This document shows, in pieces, positions 1 to 9,477 of a stretch of 64,000 bases of DNA (positions within the stretch are counted from its first letter, which is position 1; every line of letters begins with the position of its first letter). The notes beneath the pieces are model-generated. The model was given only the letters and a program-made list of their open reading frames with translations, was not told the origin of the DNA and did not search any database. Source of the stretch: Firmicutes bacterium TM09-10 (lineage in GTDB: Bacteria > Bacteroidota > Bacteroidia > Bacteroidales > UBA932). A program made the translations under genes and the position numbers. The stretch lies in contig CAVJMH010000003.1 of NCBI GenBank assembly GCA_963650755.1, positions 12,564 to 76,563 of the forward strand, given 5' to 3'.

Positions 1-1
1 C

Positions 2-211
2 GTATGGTGGGAGAACCAGATAGACCCTACCATAATATTCGGCATTCCTCAGGTTACCTGCTGGGGCCTTAAAGAGAACAGGGCTTTGGAAAACCTTCAG
101 ATAGAACCTGACATCCTGGTTTACAACACTCCGGAAAGTGTGCTTGAAGGACGCGACCTCCAGTTGGAAGCTGCTGTAAAAGAAATGCTAAATGAAACAA
201 AGCAAAAGTAA
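2..211 (+). CDS. S41/tricorn-like peptidase, C-terminal end (partial, runs off window start)
   Basis: Manual translation of frame +2: VWWENQIDPTIIFGIPQV...LENLQIEPDILVYNTPESVLEGRDLQLEAAVKEML..*. This resembles the C-terminus of Bacteroidota S41 peptidases. TAA at 209-211. Not in the ORF track. Confidence 0.75.
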   Translation, partial: VWWENQIDPTIIFGIPQVTCWGLKENRALENLQIEPDILVYNTPESVLEGRDLQLEAAVKEMLNETKQK

Positions 212-911
212 ACTCGTAATAATTCCTACATATAACGAGATAGAAAATATCGAAGCCATTTCCAGAGCCGTCCTGGCTCTGGAAGAGGGTTTCGACATAC
301 TCATCATAGACGACGGCTCGCCGGACGACACTGCCGATAAAGTAAAAGAGATACAGAAAGAATTTGCCGACAGACTTTTTCTTATAGAGAGAAGCGGCAA
401 ACTTGGACTTGGAACCGCCTATCTTACAGGATTTCACTGGGGACTGGAGCGCGGCTACGACTATCTTTTCGAGATGGACGCCGATTTTTCGCACGACCCT
501 AAGGACCTGCCCAGACTCTTGGACGCATGTGAGAACGACGGAGCCGATTTCGCCATAGGTTCACGCTACGCGGACGGCGTCTCTGTGGTGAATTGGCCTA
601 TAGGAAGAATACTTATGTCCTACGGAGCTTCTGTCTATGTAAGGACTGTGCTCAGAAGCAAAATCATGGACAACACCGCCGGATTTATGTGCTACTCCCG
701 CAGAGTCTTGGAAGGGATAGATCTGGACGGCATAAAGATGAAAGGCTACGGATTCCAGATAGAGATGAAATACACAGCCGTGCGTAAAGGATTTAAGGTC
801 AAGGAAGTGCCTGTAATATTCGTAAACCGTAAGGCTGGCACGTCCAAGATGTCAGGCTCCATTTTCGGAGAAGCTTTCTGGGGCGTGATAGGGCTGAGGT
901 TCAGAAAATAG
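192..911 (+). CDS. Polyprenol monophosphomannose synthase-like glycosyltransferase (GT2)
   Basis: IIPTYNE, IDDGSPD, EMDADFSH, GSRY and GYGFQIEM motifs of DPM1-like GT2. Confidence 0.9.
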   Translation: MKQSKSKLVIIPTYNEIENIEAISRAVLALEEGFDILIIDDGSPDDTADKVKEIQKEFADRLFLIERSGKLGLGTAYLTGFHWGLERGYDYLFEMDADFSHDPKDLPRLLDACENDGADFAIGSRYADGVSVVNWPIGRILMSYGASVYVRTVLRSKIMDNTAGFMCYSRRVLEGIDLDGIKMKGYGFQIEMKYTAVRKGFKVKEVPVIFVNRKAGTSKMSGSIFGEAFWGVIGLRFRK

Positions 912-921
912 GAAAACTCGA

Positions 922-3039
922 ATGAAACCACTATACATTAAGGCTATAGCAGAAAAACTGTCAGTTAAGGATTGGCAGATAGAGAATTGCATAATGCTTT
1001 TTGAAGACGGAGACACGATTCCGTTCATCAGCCGATACCGTAAGGAACAGACCGGTGGGTTGGATGACAGCCAAGTGGCGCAGGCTAAACATTGGTGCGA
1101 TGTCTTCACCGATATGGAAAAAAGAAAAAGCACTATCCTTCAGAACATAGAAAAAGCGGGAGCACTCAGCGCCGAACTGAGAAAACAGATAGAAACCACG
1201 ACTGACGCCACCCTTCTGGAAGACCTGTATCTCCCCTATCGTCCAAAAAGGAGAACCAGAGCCACAGCAGCTAAGGAACTTGGTCTCGAAGGACTGGCAG
1301 ACACGATATGGAACCTTAAAACCTTCTCTCCTAAGGCAAGCGCCAAGAATTACATTACGGATAAAGTAACTTCTGTAGAGCAGGCCCTTGACGGAGCACG
1401 CGACATTATAGCGGAAAGGCTGAGCGAAGAGGCCCCGGTAAGAGAAAACCTGCGTAAAAACTACCGCAGAAGTGCCCTCAAAGTGGACCTTGCCCGTGGA
1501 GCTAAAGACAAACCGGAAAGAGAAAAATACGCCGCCTACGAAGGATTTTCAAGGCCACTGGACAAAGTAAACGCACATAATCTTCTCGCTATACTCCGTG
1601 CGGAAAACGAAGGAGTGTTCAATCTCAGCATTTCACCCCGCCCAGGAACGGAAGACGACGTATATTACCAATTCTGCCGCGAGCACGGAAGACCGTCAAG
1701 CAAAGAACTTGCAGATGAGCTTCGCGCTGCCGCACTGGACAGCTACGAAAGACTGCTCGATCCGTCCATCACAAACGAAGTGATTAAGGAAGCCAAACAA
1801 AAAGCAGATATTGAGAGCATAGAAGTCTTCGGGGACAATCTCCGCCAGCTTCTTCTCGAAGCCCCGGTAGGAGAAAAGCGCACAATGGCCATAGACCCTG
1901 GCTTTAGAAACGGATGTAAGATAGCCGTTCTCGACGAACACGGGGCCTTGCTCCATCACGAAATCATCTTTCCGCATCCCCCTCAAAGTGAAAAGGTTAA
2001 GGCTCTTGAAAGAGTTCAGGACATGGTGGACGACTTCGATATTCAGGCCATAGCCATAGGTAATGGTACTGCAAGCCGTGAAACCGTAGATTTTCTTAAA
2101 AGAGTAAGTCTTCCGAAAGGATGCAAAATATGGACGGTCAGCGAAGACGGAGCCAGCATATACAGCGCTTCGGAAGTGGCCCGAAAAGAGATGCCGGATG
2201 AGGACGTGACCGTTCGCGGCGCCGTAAGCATAGGACGACGGCTTATGGACCCCTTGGCTGAACTTGTAAAGATAGATCCTAAGAATCTGGGCATTGGCCA
2301 ATACCAACACGACGTGGACCAGGGGCTCCTTAAAGAAAAACTTGACAACACGATAGAGGCTTGCGTCAATTCTGTAGGTGTTAACCTTAACACGGCATCG
2401 CCCTATCTTCTCGCCTACGTAGCCGGAATAGGTCCGGCATTGGCCGCCAACATAGTCGCCTATAGAGATGCCAACGGCGCGTTCAAAAGCCGTCTGGAGC
2501 TAAAGAAAGTACCTAAACTGGGCGAAAAGGCATTCGAGCAGTGCGCAGGCTTTCTTCGCATACGCGGTGCGGCTAATCCGCTCGACTCCAGCGCAGTGCA
2601 TCCCGAATCATACCACATAGTGGATAAGATGGCCCGCGACCTCGGCGTAAGTACGAATGAACTGGTCGGAAACGCGAAGTTGTGCGCGAAGATAGACCCA
2701 CAGCGTTATATAAGCGCAGAAAAAGGTCTTCCTACCATAAACGACATCATTAAAGAATTAGCCAAGCCGGGACTTGACCCTCGAAGTGAAGCATCCACTT
2801 TCAGCTTTGCAGAAGAGATACGCTCCATAAGCGACCTTAAGGAAGGAATGGAACTCCCCGGTATAGTTACCAACATCACCAATTTCGGTGCATTCGTGGA
2901 CTTAGGCATACACGATAACGGCCTCATCCATATATCACAGATGAAGGGGCACAATCTGAAACTGCACGAAAAAGTTAAAGTGAGGGTAATTCAGGTGGAC
3001 GAAAAACGAAGCAGAATATCTCTGTCACTTGCCCTCTAA
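922..3039 (+). CDS. tex: Tex family RNA-binding transcriptional accessory protein
   Basis: TIPFISRYRKEQTG, LEDLYLPY, DPGFRNGCK, GASIYSAS, GQYQHDV, HhH region and C-terminal S1 (NITNFGAFVDLG). Confidence 0.95.
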   Translation: MKPLYIKAIAEKLSVKDWQIENCIMLFEDGDTIPFISRYRKEQTGGLDDSQVAQAKHWCDVFTDMEKRKSTILQNIEKAGALSAELRKQIETTTDATLLEDLYLPYRPKRRTRATAAKELGLEGLADTIWNLKTFSPKASAKNYITDKVTSVEQALDGARDIIAERLSEEAPVRENLRKNYRRSALKVDLARGAKDKPEREKYAAYEGFSRPLDKVNAHNLLAILRAENEGVFNLSISPRPGTEDDVYYQFCREHGRPSSKELADELRAAALDSYERLLDPSITNEVIKEAKQKADIESIEVFGDNLRQLLLEAPVGEKRTMAIDPGFRNGCKIAVLDEHGALLHHEIIFPHPPQSEKVKALERVQDMVDDFDIQAIAIGNGTASRETVDFLKRVSLPKGCKIWTVSEDGASIYSASEVARKEMPDEDVTVRGAVSIGRRLMDPLAELVKIDPKNLGIGQYQHDVDQGLLKEKLDNTIEACVNSVGVNLNTASPYLLAYVAGIGPALAANIVAYRDANGAFKSRLELKKVPKLGEKAFEQCAGFLRIRGAANPLDSSAVHPESYHIVDKMARDLGVSTNELVGNAKLCAKIDPQRYISAEKGLPTINDIIKELAKPGLDPRSEASTFSFAEEIRSISDLKEGMELPGIVTNITNFGAFVDLGIHDNGLIHISQMKGHNLKLHEKVKVRVIQVDEKRSRISLSLAL

Positions 3040-4772
3040 TCTTCCACGGAGATACTCTTAAGAGCCTCTCTATAAGCCGAAAGGATACGGGACTTGGAGA
3101 TAAATCCCAAGTAACGGTTTCCGTCATCCACCACTGGAAGACGCCACGCGCCGGTCTTTTCAAATTTATCCAGAACAGAAGCGGCTTTCTCGTCTATGCT
3201 GACATAAGCGAGAGGCTGCTTCATAAGATTATAGACGTGAACCGATGAATAATTGGCCTCGTCAAACATCTTCTTACGTATATCATCCATCTCCACAAGC
3301 CCCTGAAAAACACCGTCTTTACCTACTACGGGGAACACAGCGGCCGTACTCTCGGCTACGATAGGCATGATGTCTCCAAGTGTAGCGTCAAGCGAGATTC
3401 TCGGGTATTTATCCCTTACGAGGTCTGAGGTTCTAAGAAGCGTGAGCACGGCCTGATCCGAATCATGCGTAAGAAGGTCGCCGCTCTGTGCAATACGCTT
3501 TGTATAAATGGAATATCTCTCCCATATACGGGTAAACCCGAACGAGACGGTGCACGACGCGATGAGCGGAAGAAACAGGTCATATCCACCTGTCATCTCC
3601 GCGATAAGGAAGATGGAAGTCATAGGAGCCTGCATGACACCGGCCATAAGTGCCGCCATACCCACCAGCACGAAATTCTGCTCCGGAAGATGCCAAAGCA
3701 CTCCCCCTACAGAGTTGTTGAGAAGTCTGACTATCACAAATCCTGCTATGGCGCCCACAAAAAGGGTAGGTCCGAAAGTACCGCCGACACCACCGCCCGC
3801 ATTGGTAAGAGTCATAGACAGGACCTTAAAGAACATAACCGCGGTAAACACCAGCACCACTCCCCACTCCGAGCTCATAAGGAAATTAAGCGGAGAGCCC
3901 ACCATTTCACCTCCCCTGCCGTTAAGAAGATTAGTTATGTCTCCATACCCTTCCCCGTAAAGTGGCGGGAACAAGAACACCAGCACTCCCACGCCCAAAG
4001 AACAGAGCAACCATTTTCTCCAAGGCGAGGACATCCTGGCCAATCTATCTTCAAGCGAAAGGGTAGTACGCGTAAAATACAGAGAAAGAGCGCCGCAGCA
4101 CACTCCAAGCAGCAGATAGAAAGGTATATTCTTAAGCACGAAAGGCTCCAGCGTACAACGGAAAGCCGCGTCCATACCGGTGAAGATGTAACTCACCACC
4201 GTGGCTGACACGGTCGACACCAGAAGCGGCATAAGACTCGCGAGAGAGATATTGAAAAGCAGTATCTCCATCGTAAAGAGCAGTCCCGCCAGAGGTGCTT
4301 TGAATATGCCTGCCACCGCACCTGCCGCACCGCAACCCACAAGGATAGTCATATTACGGTAGGACAATCGTCCGAGCCTTCCGATATTGGAGCCTATGGC
4401 CGCACCGGTATAAACGATAGGAGCCTCGGCACCGACTGATCCTCCGAAGCCTATGGTAAGCATGGAGGTCACCAGCGAAGACCACATATTATGCGGCTTA
4501 ATCCTGGACTCATTCTTGGAAATGGCCTTAAGCACCTTGGTGACACCGTGCCCTATATTGTCCTTAACCACATATCTTACGATAAGCAGCGAAAGTAACA
4601 TACCCACGGACGGGAGTACAATGGCCCAGAGATAAGAATTCCGGGTTAAAGGGGTAAGCATCTGCTGGATAAAATGTATCCCGCTCTTAAGAAGCACCGC
4701 CACTAAACCGACGCAGAGCCCCACAAGGAGGCTCAGCATCAACAGTCTATTCTGCTCTTTATTTCTATTCAT
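3036..4772 (-). CDS. ClC chloride channel/antiporter with C-terminal CBS domains
   Basis: GHGV, GAEAP and GGTFGP ClC motif variants, many TM helices, CBS pair. Start reassigned to ATG at 4772 (MNRNKEQ), which overlaps the upstream stop. Confidence 0.9.
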   Translation of the reverse strand: MNRNKEQNRLLMLSLLVGLCVGLVAVLLKSGIHFIQQMLTPLTRNSYLWAIVLPSVGMLLSLLIVRYVVKDNIGHGVTKVLKAISKNESRIKPHNMWSSLVTSMLTIGFGGSVGAEAPIVYTGAAIGSNIGRLGRLSYRNMTILVGCGAAGAVAGIFKAPLAGLLFTMEILLFNISLASLMPLLVSTVSATVVSYIFTGMDAAFRCTLEPFVLKNIPFYLLLGVCCGALSLYFTRTTLSLEDRLARMSSPWRKWLLCSLGVGVLVFLFPPLYGEGYGDITNLLNGRGGEMVGSPLNFLMSSEWGVVLVFTAVMFFKVLSMTLTNAGGGVGGTFGPTLFVGAIAGFVIVRLLNNSVGGVLWHLPEQNFVLVGMAALMAGVMQAPMTSIFLIAEMTGGYDLFLPLIASCTVSFGFTRIWERYSIYTKRIAQSGDLLTHDSDQAVLTLLRTSDLVRDKYPRISLDATLGDIMPIVAESTAAVFPVVGKDGVFQGLVEMDDIRKKMFDEANYSSVHVYNLMKQPLAYVSIDEKAASVLDKFEKTGAWRLPVVDDGNRYLGFISKSRILSAYREALKSISVED

Positions 4773-5139
4773 CCGAATCCGAAGACTCGTCCTCACCGTT
4801 ACTATATTGCGAGATATTGTCATCCGGAAGATTATTCCCTTCTCCGGAATCACTCGGTGCTCCTGTCATAGCCTCATCCTCTGACTCTCCTTCACCGTCA
4901 AGCCAATTCTGAAGGTCCTCCGGATCGTCTATATCGACCTTAATCTTTACCAGATAAATTCCGTCTGCCGTCTCGATGGTTACAGCATAAAACGAAGTGC
5001 CATCCGGCTTCGGATATTTTATCAAATCATCCAGATAGTCATTATACCCTCTCGGATATTTCTCCGCAAATGCAGCGGCCAGGTCACCGGTCATATTCTC
5101 ATAACTTACAATATGCCTCTTTTTTCCGTCAATTGCCAT
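4765..5139 (-). CDS. Conserved hypothetical protein with long acidic C-terminal tail
   Basis: 124 aa ORF filling the gap between argS and clc. Folded-looking N-terminus (EKYPRGY...IYLVKI) and D/E-rich tail. Confidence 0.8.
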   Translation of the reverse strand: MAIDGKKRHIVSYENMTGDLAAAFAEKYPRGYNDYLDDLIKYPKPDGTSFYAVTIETADGIYLVKIKVDIDDPEDLQNWLDGEGESEDEAMTGAPSDSGEGNNLPDDNISQYSNGEDESSDSDE

Positions 5140-5206
5140 ATATAAGCGTAATCGTTAAAAAATCGGGTGCAATTATAATTCAATATTTCTAAAGAAAAAA
5201 ATTTAT

Positions 5207-6937
5207 TTACATCCTTTCCGGCAGTTGTATTCCCAAAAGCCCCATCGCCTTCTCAAGTACCACTGCTACAGTCGATATAAGCGAAAGTCTCATAGACAGA
5301 AGCGCATCATCCGCTTCCTTAAGGATAGGAGTATCGTGGTAATACTGATTGAACTCCTTGGCAAGTTCGTAGCAGAAATTGGCAATCAAAGCCGGGGAGA
5401 AAGAATCCGCAGCCTCCCCTACCTTAGACGGATAAGAAGAGAGAATCTTTACAAGCCGTACTTCTTTAGGTGACAGTTCCACTCCGTCCTTCACCCCAGC
5501 CGTCTTTCCGTCAGCGGATGCTTTACGCAAGATGCTTTTAATCCTCGCGTGGGTGTATTGTATGAAAGGACCTGTATTACCGTTAAAATCAATACTTTCC
5601 TTAGGGTCGAAAAGCATAGTCTTCTTAGGGTCCACTTTCAGAATAAAATATTTCAGCGCCCCGAGACCTATCATACGATAAAGCGCATCCTTTTCCTCCT
5701 CCGGCATATCGGCCAATTTACCTGAATCCTCGGAAGTGGATTTGGCCTCCTCATACATCTTCTCTATAAGATCATCGGCATCGACCACGGTACCCTCACG
5801 GCTTTTCATCTTACCTTCAGGAAGTTCCACCATACCATAACTGAGATGGTAGATTCTGCTGGCCCAATCGAAACCAAGCTTTGAAAGTATGAGTTTAAGC
5901 ACTTGGAAATGGTAATCCTGCTCATTTCCCACGACATAGACGTGCGAATCGAGGTGAGACTCTTCGAAACGTCTCTCTGCCGTACCCAAATCCTGAGTGA
6001 TATACACGGACGTGCCGTCGCTTCTAAGAAGAATCTTTCTGTCCAGCCCATCTCCAGTAAGGTCGCACCATACGCTTCCGTCCGGATCTTTCACGAACAC
6101 GCCCATATCCAGACCCTTCTTCACAAGCTCTTTACCCAAAAGATAAGTCTGTGATTCATAATAAGTCTTGTCGAAAGTAATGCCAAGTGCCTTATAGGTC
6201 TGAGCAAAGCCTTCGAACACCCACTCATTCATCATCTTCCATAGCGCGCGAACTTGCGGATCTCCGTTTTCCCAATCGACGAGCATCTTGTGCACATCTT
6301 CCAGTACCTTAGGGTCTTCCTTTTCCATCTTCGCATACTCCACATAACAGTCTCCCACGAGATGATCGCCCTTCTGTCCCGTGCTTTGCGGAGTAGCCCC
6401 GTTAAAGCGCTTCTGCCACGCATACATACTCTTACAGATATGCACTCCGCGGTCATTGACCAGCGTAGCCTTAATCACATTATTACCGGCCGCCTTAAGT
6501 ATATCCGACACAGAGGAGCCCAGAAGGTTATTCCTTACGTGTCCAAGATGAAGCGGCTTATTGGTATTAGGCGAAGAAAACTCCACCATGATGGTTTTCC
6601 CTGTAGAAGGGAGCTGCCCGAAAGACGGGTCAGACTCTATCTGACAGAGAGATTCATTCCAGAATTTTGAAGAAAGGCAGAAATTAAGAAAACCTTTCAC
6701 GACATTGAACGACGCTACCTCCGGGCAAGACGCCACGACCTTCTCACCTATGGCTTTACCTGTGGCCTCCGGAGTGGAATGGGATATACGAAGAAGAGGG
6801 AAGACCACAAGTGTGTAGTCTCCCTCAAATTCTTTACGTGTAGCAGCTATCTGAAGGTCAGATTCGCTGATTTTCACCGAATAAAGCGCCTCTATGGCTT
6901 CTGAAGCCTTCGAGGCCAGCAACTGTTCTGCTCCCAT
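5207..6937 (-). CDS. argS: Arginine--tRNA ligase
   Basis: EFSSPNTNKPLHLGH (HIGH), KMKSREG, GNTGPFIQYTHARI. Confidence 0.98.
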   Translation of the reverse strand: MGAEQLLASKASEAIEALYSVKISESDLQIAATRKEFEGDYTLVVFPLLRISHSTPEATGKAIGEKVVASCPEVASFNVVKGFLNFCLSSKFWNESLCQIESDPSFGQLPSTGKTIMVEFSSPNTNKPLHLGHVRNNLLGSSVSDILKAAGNNVIKATLVNDRGVHICKSMYAWQKRFNGATPQSTGQKGDHLVGDCYVEYAKMEKEDPKVLEDVHKMLVDWENGDPQVRALWKMMNEWVFEGFAQTYKALGITFDKTYYESQTYLLGKELVKKGLDMGVFVKDPDGSVWCDLTGDGLDRKILLRSDGTSVYITQDLGTAERRFEESHLDSHVYVVGNEQDYHFQVLKLILSKLGFDWASRIYHLSYGMVELPEGKMKSREGTVVDADDLIEKMYEEAKSTSEDSGKLADMPEEEKDALYRMIGLGALKYFILKVDPKKTMLFDPKESIDFNGNTGPFIQYTHARIKSILRKASADGKTAGVKDGVELSPKEVRLVKILSSYPSKVGEAADSFSPALIANFCYELAKEFNQYYHDTPILKEADDALLSMRLSLISTVAVVLEKAMGLLGIQLPERM

Positions 6938-6938
6938 C

Positions 6939-7799
6939 TTATCCGAGATATGTCTTGAGCAGTTTGCTTGCTGCAGGTTTCTTTAGCTTACGTATGGCCT
7001 TCTCCTTTATCTGACGAACTCGTTCGCGCGTCAGGTCGAGGTTTTCGCCTATCTCTTCGAGCGTCATCTCCTGACAACCTATTCCGAAAAAGCATTTTAC
7101 TATCTCGCGCTCACGCGGAGTGAGAATCTGAAGCGCCCTGTCTATCTCTGTACTGAGCGATTCCTTGTTCAGACCGCGGTCTGCCATAGGAGAATCGTCA
7201 TTAGGGAGCACATCGAGAAGGGAATTGTCCTCCCCGTCCACGAAAGGAGCGTCCATGCTGACGTGACGTCCGGAAACACGAAGCGTATCGTCTATCTTCT
7301 CACGCGGAATGTCTATCATCTCCGATAGCTCCTGAGTAGAAGGCTGGCGCTCATTCTCCTGTTCGAAACGTCCGAGCGCTTTGTTTATCTTATTGAGCGA
7401 ACCCACCTGGTTAAGCGGAAGACGCACTATTCTACTCTGCTCTGCCAGAGCCTGCAAAATGCTCTGCCTAATCCACCACACTGCATAGGAAATGAACTTG
7501 AAACCTCGCGTCTCATCGAACTTTTCCGCCGCCTTAATCAATCCAAGATTTCCTTCGTTAATAAGATCCGGAAGGCTAAGCCCCTGATTCTGATACTGTT
7601 TAGCTACAGATACCACGAATCTCAAATTGGCCTTGGTAAGCTTCTCAAGAGCCACCTTGTCGCCCTTTCGGATTCTTTGGGCCAATTCCACCTCTTCCTC
7701 CGGAGATACCAACTCCTCGCGACCTATCTCCTGCAGATACTTATCCAGAGAAGCACTTTCGCGGTTGGTAATGCTTTTTGTAATTTTAAGTTGTCTCAT
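6939..7799 (-). CDS. rpoD: Primary sigma-70 factor (Bacteroidota sigmaA type, no region 1.1)
   Basis: [15 protein letters not shown] start, [40 protein letters not shown]. Confidence 0.97.
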   Translation of the reverse strand: MRQLKITKSITNRESASLDKYLQEIGREELVSPEEEVELAQRIRKGDKVALEKLTKANLRFVVSVAKQYQNQGLSLPDLINEGNLGLIKAAEKFDETRGFKFISYAVWWIRQSILQALAEQSRIVRLPLNQVGSLNKINKALGRFEQENERQPSTQELSEMIDIPREKIDDTLRVSGRHVSMDAPFVDGEDNSLLDVLPNDDSPMADRGLNKESLSTEIDRALQILTPREREIVKCFFGIGCQEMTLEEIGENLDLTRERVRQIKEKAIRKLKKPAASKLLKTYLG

Positions 7800-7813
7800 C
7801 TATATTATAAGGT

Positions 7814-9181
7814 CTATTCCTTTGCCAATGCGAAGAAAACAGAACGGCCGGCCGGAGTAATACACTCTATAACTATCGCTCTCTTAGCACGTGAAGCCGC
7901 TTCTATCACTTCTTGAGGCGTGGAAACGCTCTTATCGTTAACGTATCTTATGATAAGACCGTCCACAGCACCGCTGGCAGCAAGTTTACCTTTACCGGCA
8001 GACACTATCTCCACACCGTTCTTGATTCTGAGATCCGAAAGCGTAGATTTGTCGGCAGCCCTAAGAGATGCTCCATAAAATGAAACCGTTCCATCCTCCT
8101 GTGCATAGCCTGTCGCATCATCATCTCCTTGGAACACAACCTTAAGATTATGTGTGCCTTGTCCGCGAGCCACCTTGACAGTGGTTACATCTCCCGGATG
8201 GAATGCGTTGACTAACTCCTGCAATCCTGCAGCGCTCTTGACTTTCTTTCCTCCAACCTCAAGTATGACATCGTTTTTCTTGATGCCAGCCTTATCCGCT
8301 GCGCTTCCTTTCTCAACTTCAACAATATATACGCCCTCCAAAGAAGAAAGTTTCATCTCGTCCGCTATTTTTTCATCAATAGGAGTCATTGACACCCCGA
8401 GACGAGCCCTGCGCACTGAGCCGAAGTCTATAAGATCACCTACGACCTTGTTAGCTATATTGGAAGGAACGGCGAAAGAATAACCCGTATAAGAACCTGT
8501 TTGTGAAATAATGGCAGTATTGATACCTACCAATTCACCTTTATGGTTTACGAGAGCACCGCCTGAATTGCCAGGATTAACGGCAGCATCAGTCTGTATG
8601 AAAGACTCTATCTTGAACTCTCCTTTATAATTAGGCATTGAACGTCCCTTGGCACTTACTATACCAGCGGTAATGGTAGATTTAAGATTATATGGAGAAC
8701 CTATGGCCAATACCCACTCTCCAAGGCGAAGTTTATCCGAATCAGTAAAGGTCAGATAAGGCAGATTTTTAGCCTCAATCTTAATGAGGGCTATATCCGT
8801 CGTAGGGTCCGTGCCTATAATGGTAGCGTCATAGGCCTTATCATTATTAAGGGTAACTTTAATGGATGTGGCATTGGCCACTACATGATTGTTGGTAACG
8901 ATATATCCGTCCGGGCGGATTATTACACCTGACCCGCTGGCTTTCTGCTCCCTGCGCTGAAGCTCATATTCGTCACCGAAGAAAAACTGGAAAAATGGGT
9001 CTGAAAGCTGCTGACGGCTTGTGTTAGGTTTAATGGTAACTTCCACATAAACAACTGCTTCTACGGCTGATTCGGCCGCATAGGTAAAATCAGGATAATC
9101 CTGAGGGGCGGCGGCTGACAAATTGGCAGAGCAAATCAATGCCATTGCAGATGCCGCAAGAGTTTTAGTAAAAACATTCAT
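7814..9181 (-). CDS. degP: DegP/HtrA (Do family) serine protease with PDZ domains
   Basis: Signal peptide, TNNHVV, DIAL, NPGNSGG catalytic triad, PDZ domains. ATG at 9181 (MNVFTK) preferred over TTG at 9193. Confidence 0.95.
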   Translation of the reverse strand: MNVFTKTLAASAMALICSANLSAAAPQDYPDFTYAAESAVEAVVYVEVTIKPNTSRQQLSDPFFQFFFGDEYELQRREQKASGSGVIIRPDGYIVTNNHVVANATSIKVTLNNDKAYDATIIGTDPTTDIALIKIEAKNLPYLTFTDSDKLRLGEWVLAIGSPYNLKSTITAGIVSAKGRSMPNYKGEFKIESFIQTDAAVNPGNSGGALVNHKGELVGINTAIISQTGSYTGYSFAVPSNIANKVVGDLIDFGSVRRARLGVSMTPIDEKIADEMKLSSLEGVYIVEVEKGSAADKAGIKKNDVILEVGGKKVKSAAGLQELVNAFHPGDVTTVKVARGQGTHNLKVVFQGDDDATGYAQEDGTVSFYGASLRAADKSTLSDLRIKNGVEIVSAGKGKLAASGAVDGLIIRYVNDKSVSTPQEVIEAASRAKRAIVIECITPAGRSVFFALAKE

Positions 9182-9251
9182 ATTACTTATCAATTAATTT
9201 TATAGTATTCGATTTTCGCTGACGGTAAGAGGCCGCAGCGACAATTATTGG

Positions 9252-9266
9252 TCAAATTATATGCCA
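9252..9266 (-). promoter_or_regulatory. Sigma54-like -24/-12 box upstream of degP
   Basis: Minus strand TGGCA-TATAAT-TTGA has the spacing of TGGCA-N6-TTGC. The same pattern occurs upstream of grpE. Confidence 0.6.
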
Positions 9267-9290
9267 ATAGCGAATATGAAGATTTTTTTA

Positions 9291-9298
9291 TAAATTTG
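9291..9298 (+). promoter_or_regulatory. Bacteroidota -7 promoter box for dnaN
   Basis: TAAATTTG matches TAnnTTTG. Confidence 0.65.
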
Positions 9299-9477
9299 TG
9301 CGGACAATTTAGAAGCTGTTTTGAAATGGCCACCGAATTTTACCATGATGAATTTTCGAGACAGTTTCGATTTTAGAAAAAAGCGCGTAACAGTGTAGCT
9401 ATGTAACCGATGCCAAAGATAAAAATGGCCGGAAAAACAATGTAAAAAATTTAAAACAACATCTTAAAAACATATAT

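Noticed and set aside
69..494. 141 aa minus-strand ORF
   Set aside because: Antisense to the S41 peptidase end and the GT2 gene.
3465..4208. 247 aa + strand ORF
   Set aside because: Antisense to the ClC gene. Its basic, His-rich composition is typical of a shadow of a hydrophobic gene.
9194..9477. Possible replication origin upstream of dnaN
   Set aside because: No dnaA nearby and no TTATCCACA-type boxes seen. Promoters and a leader hairpin explain the region.
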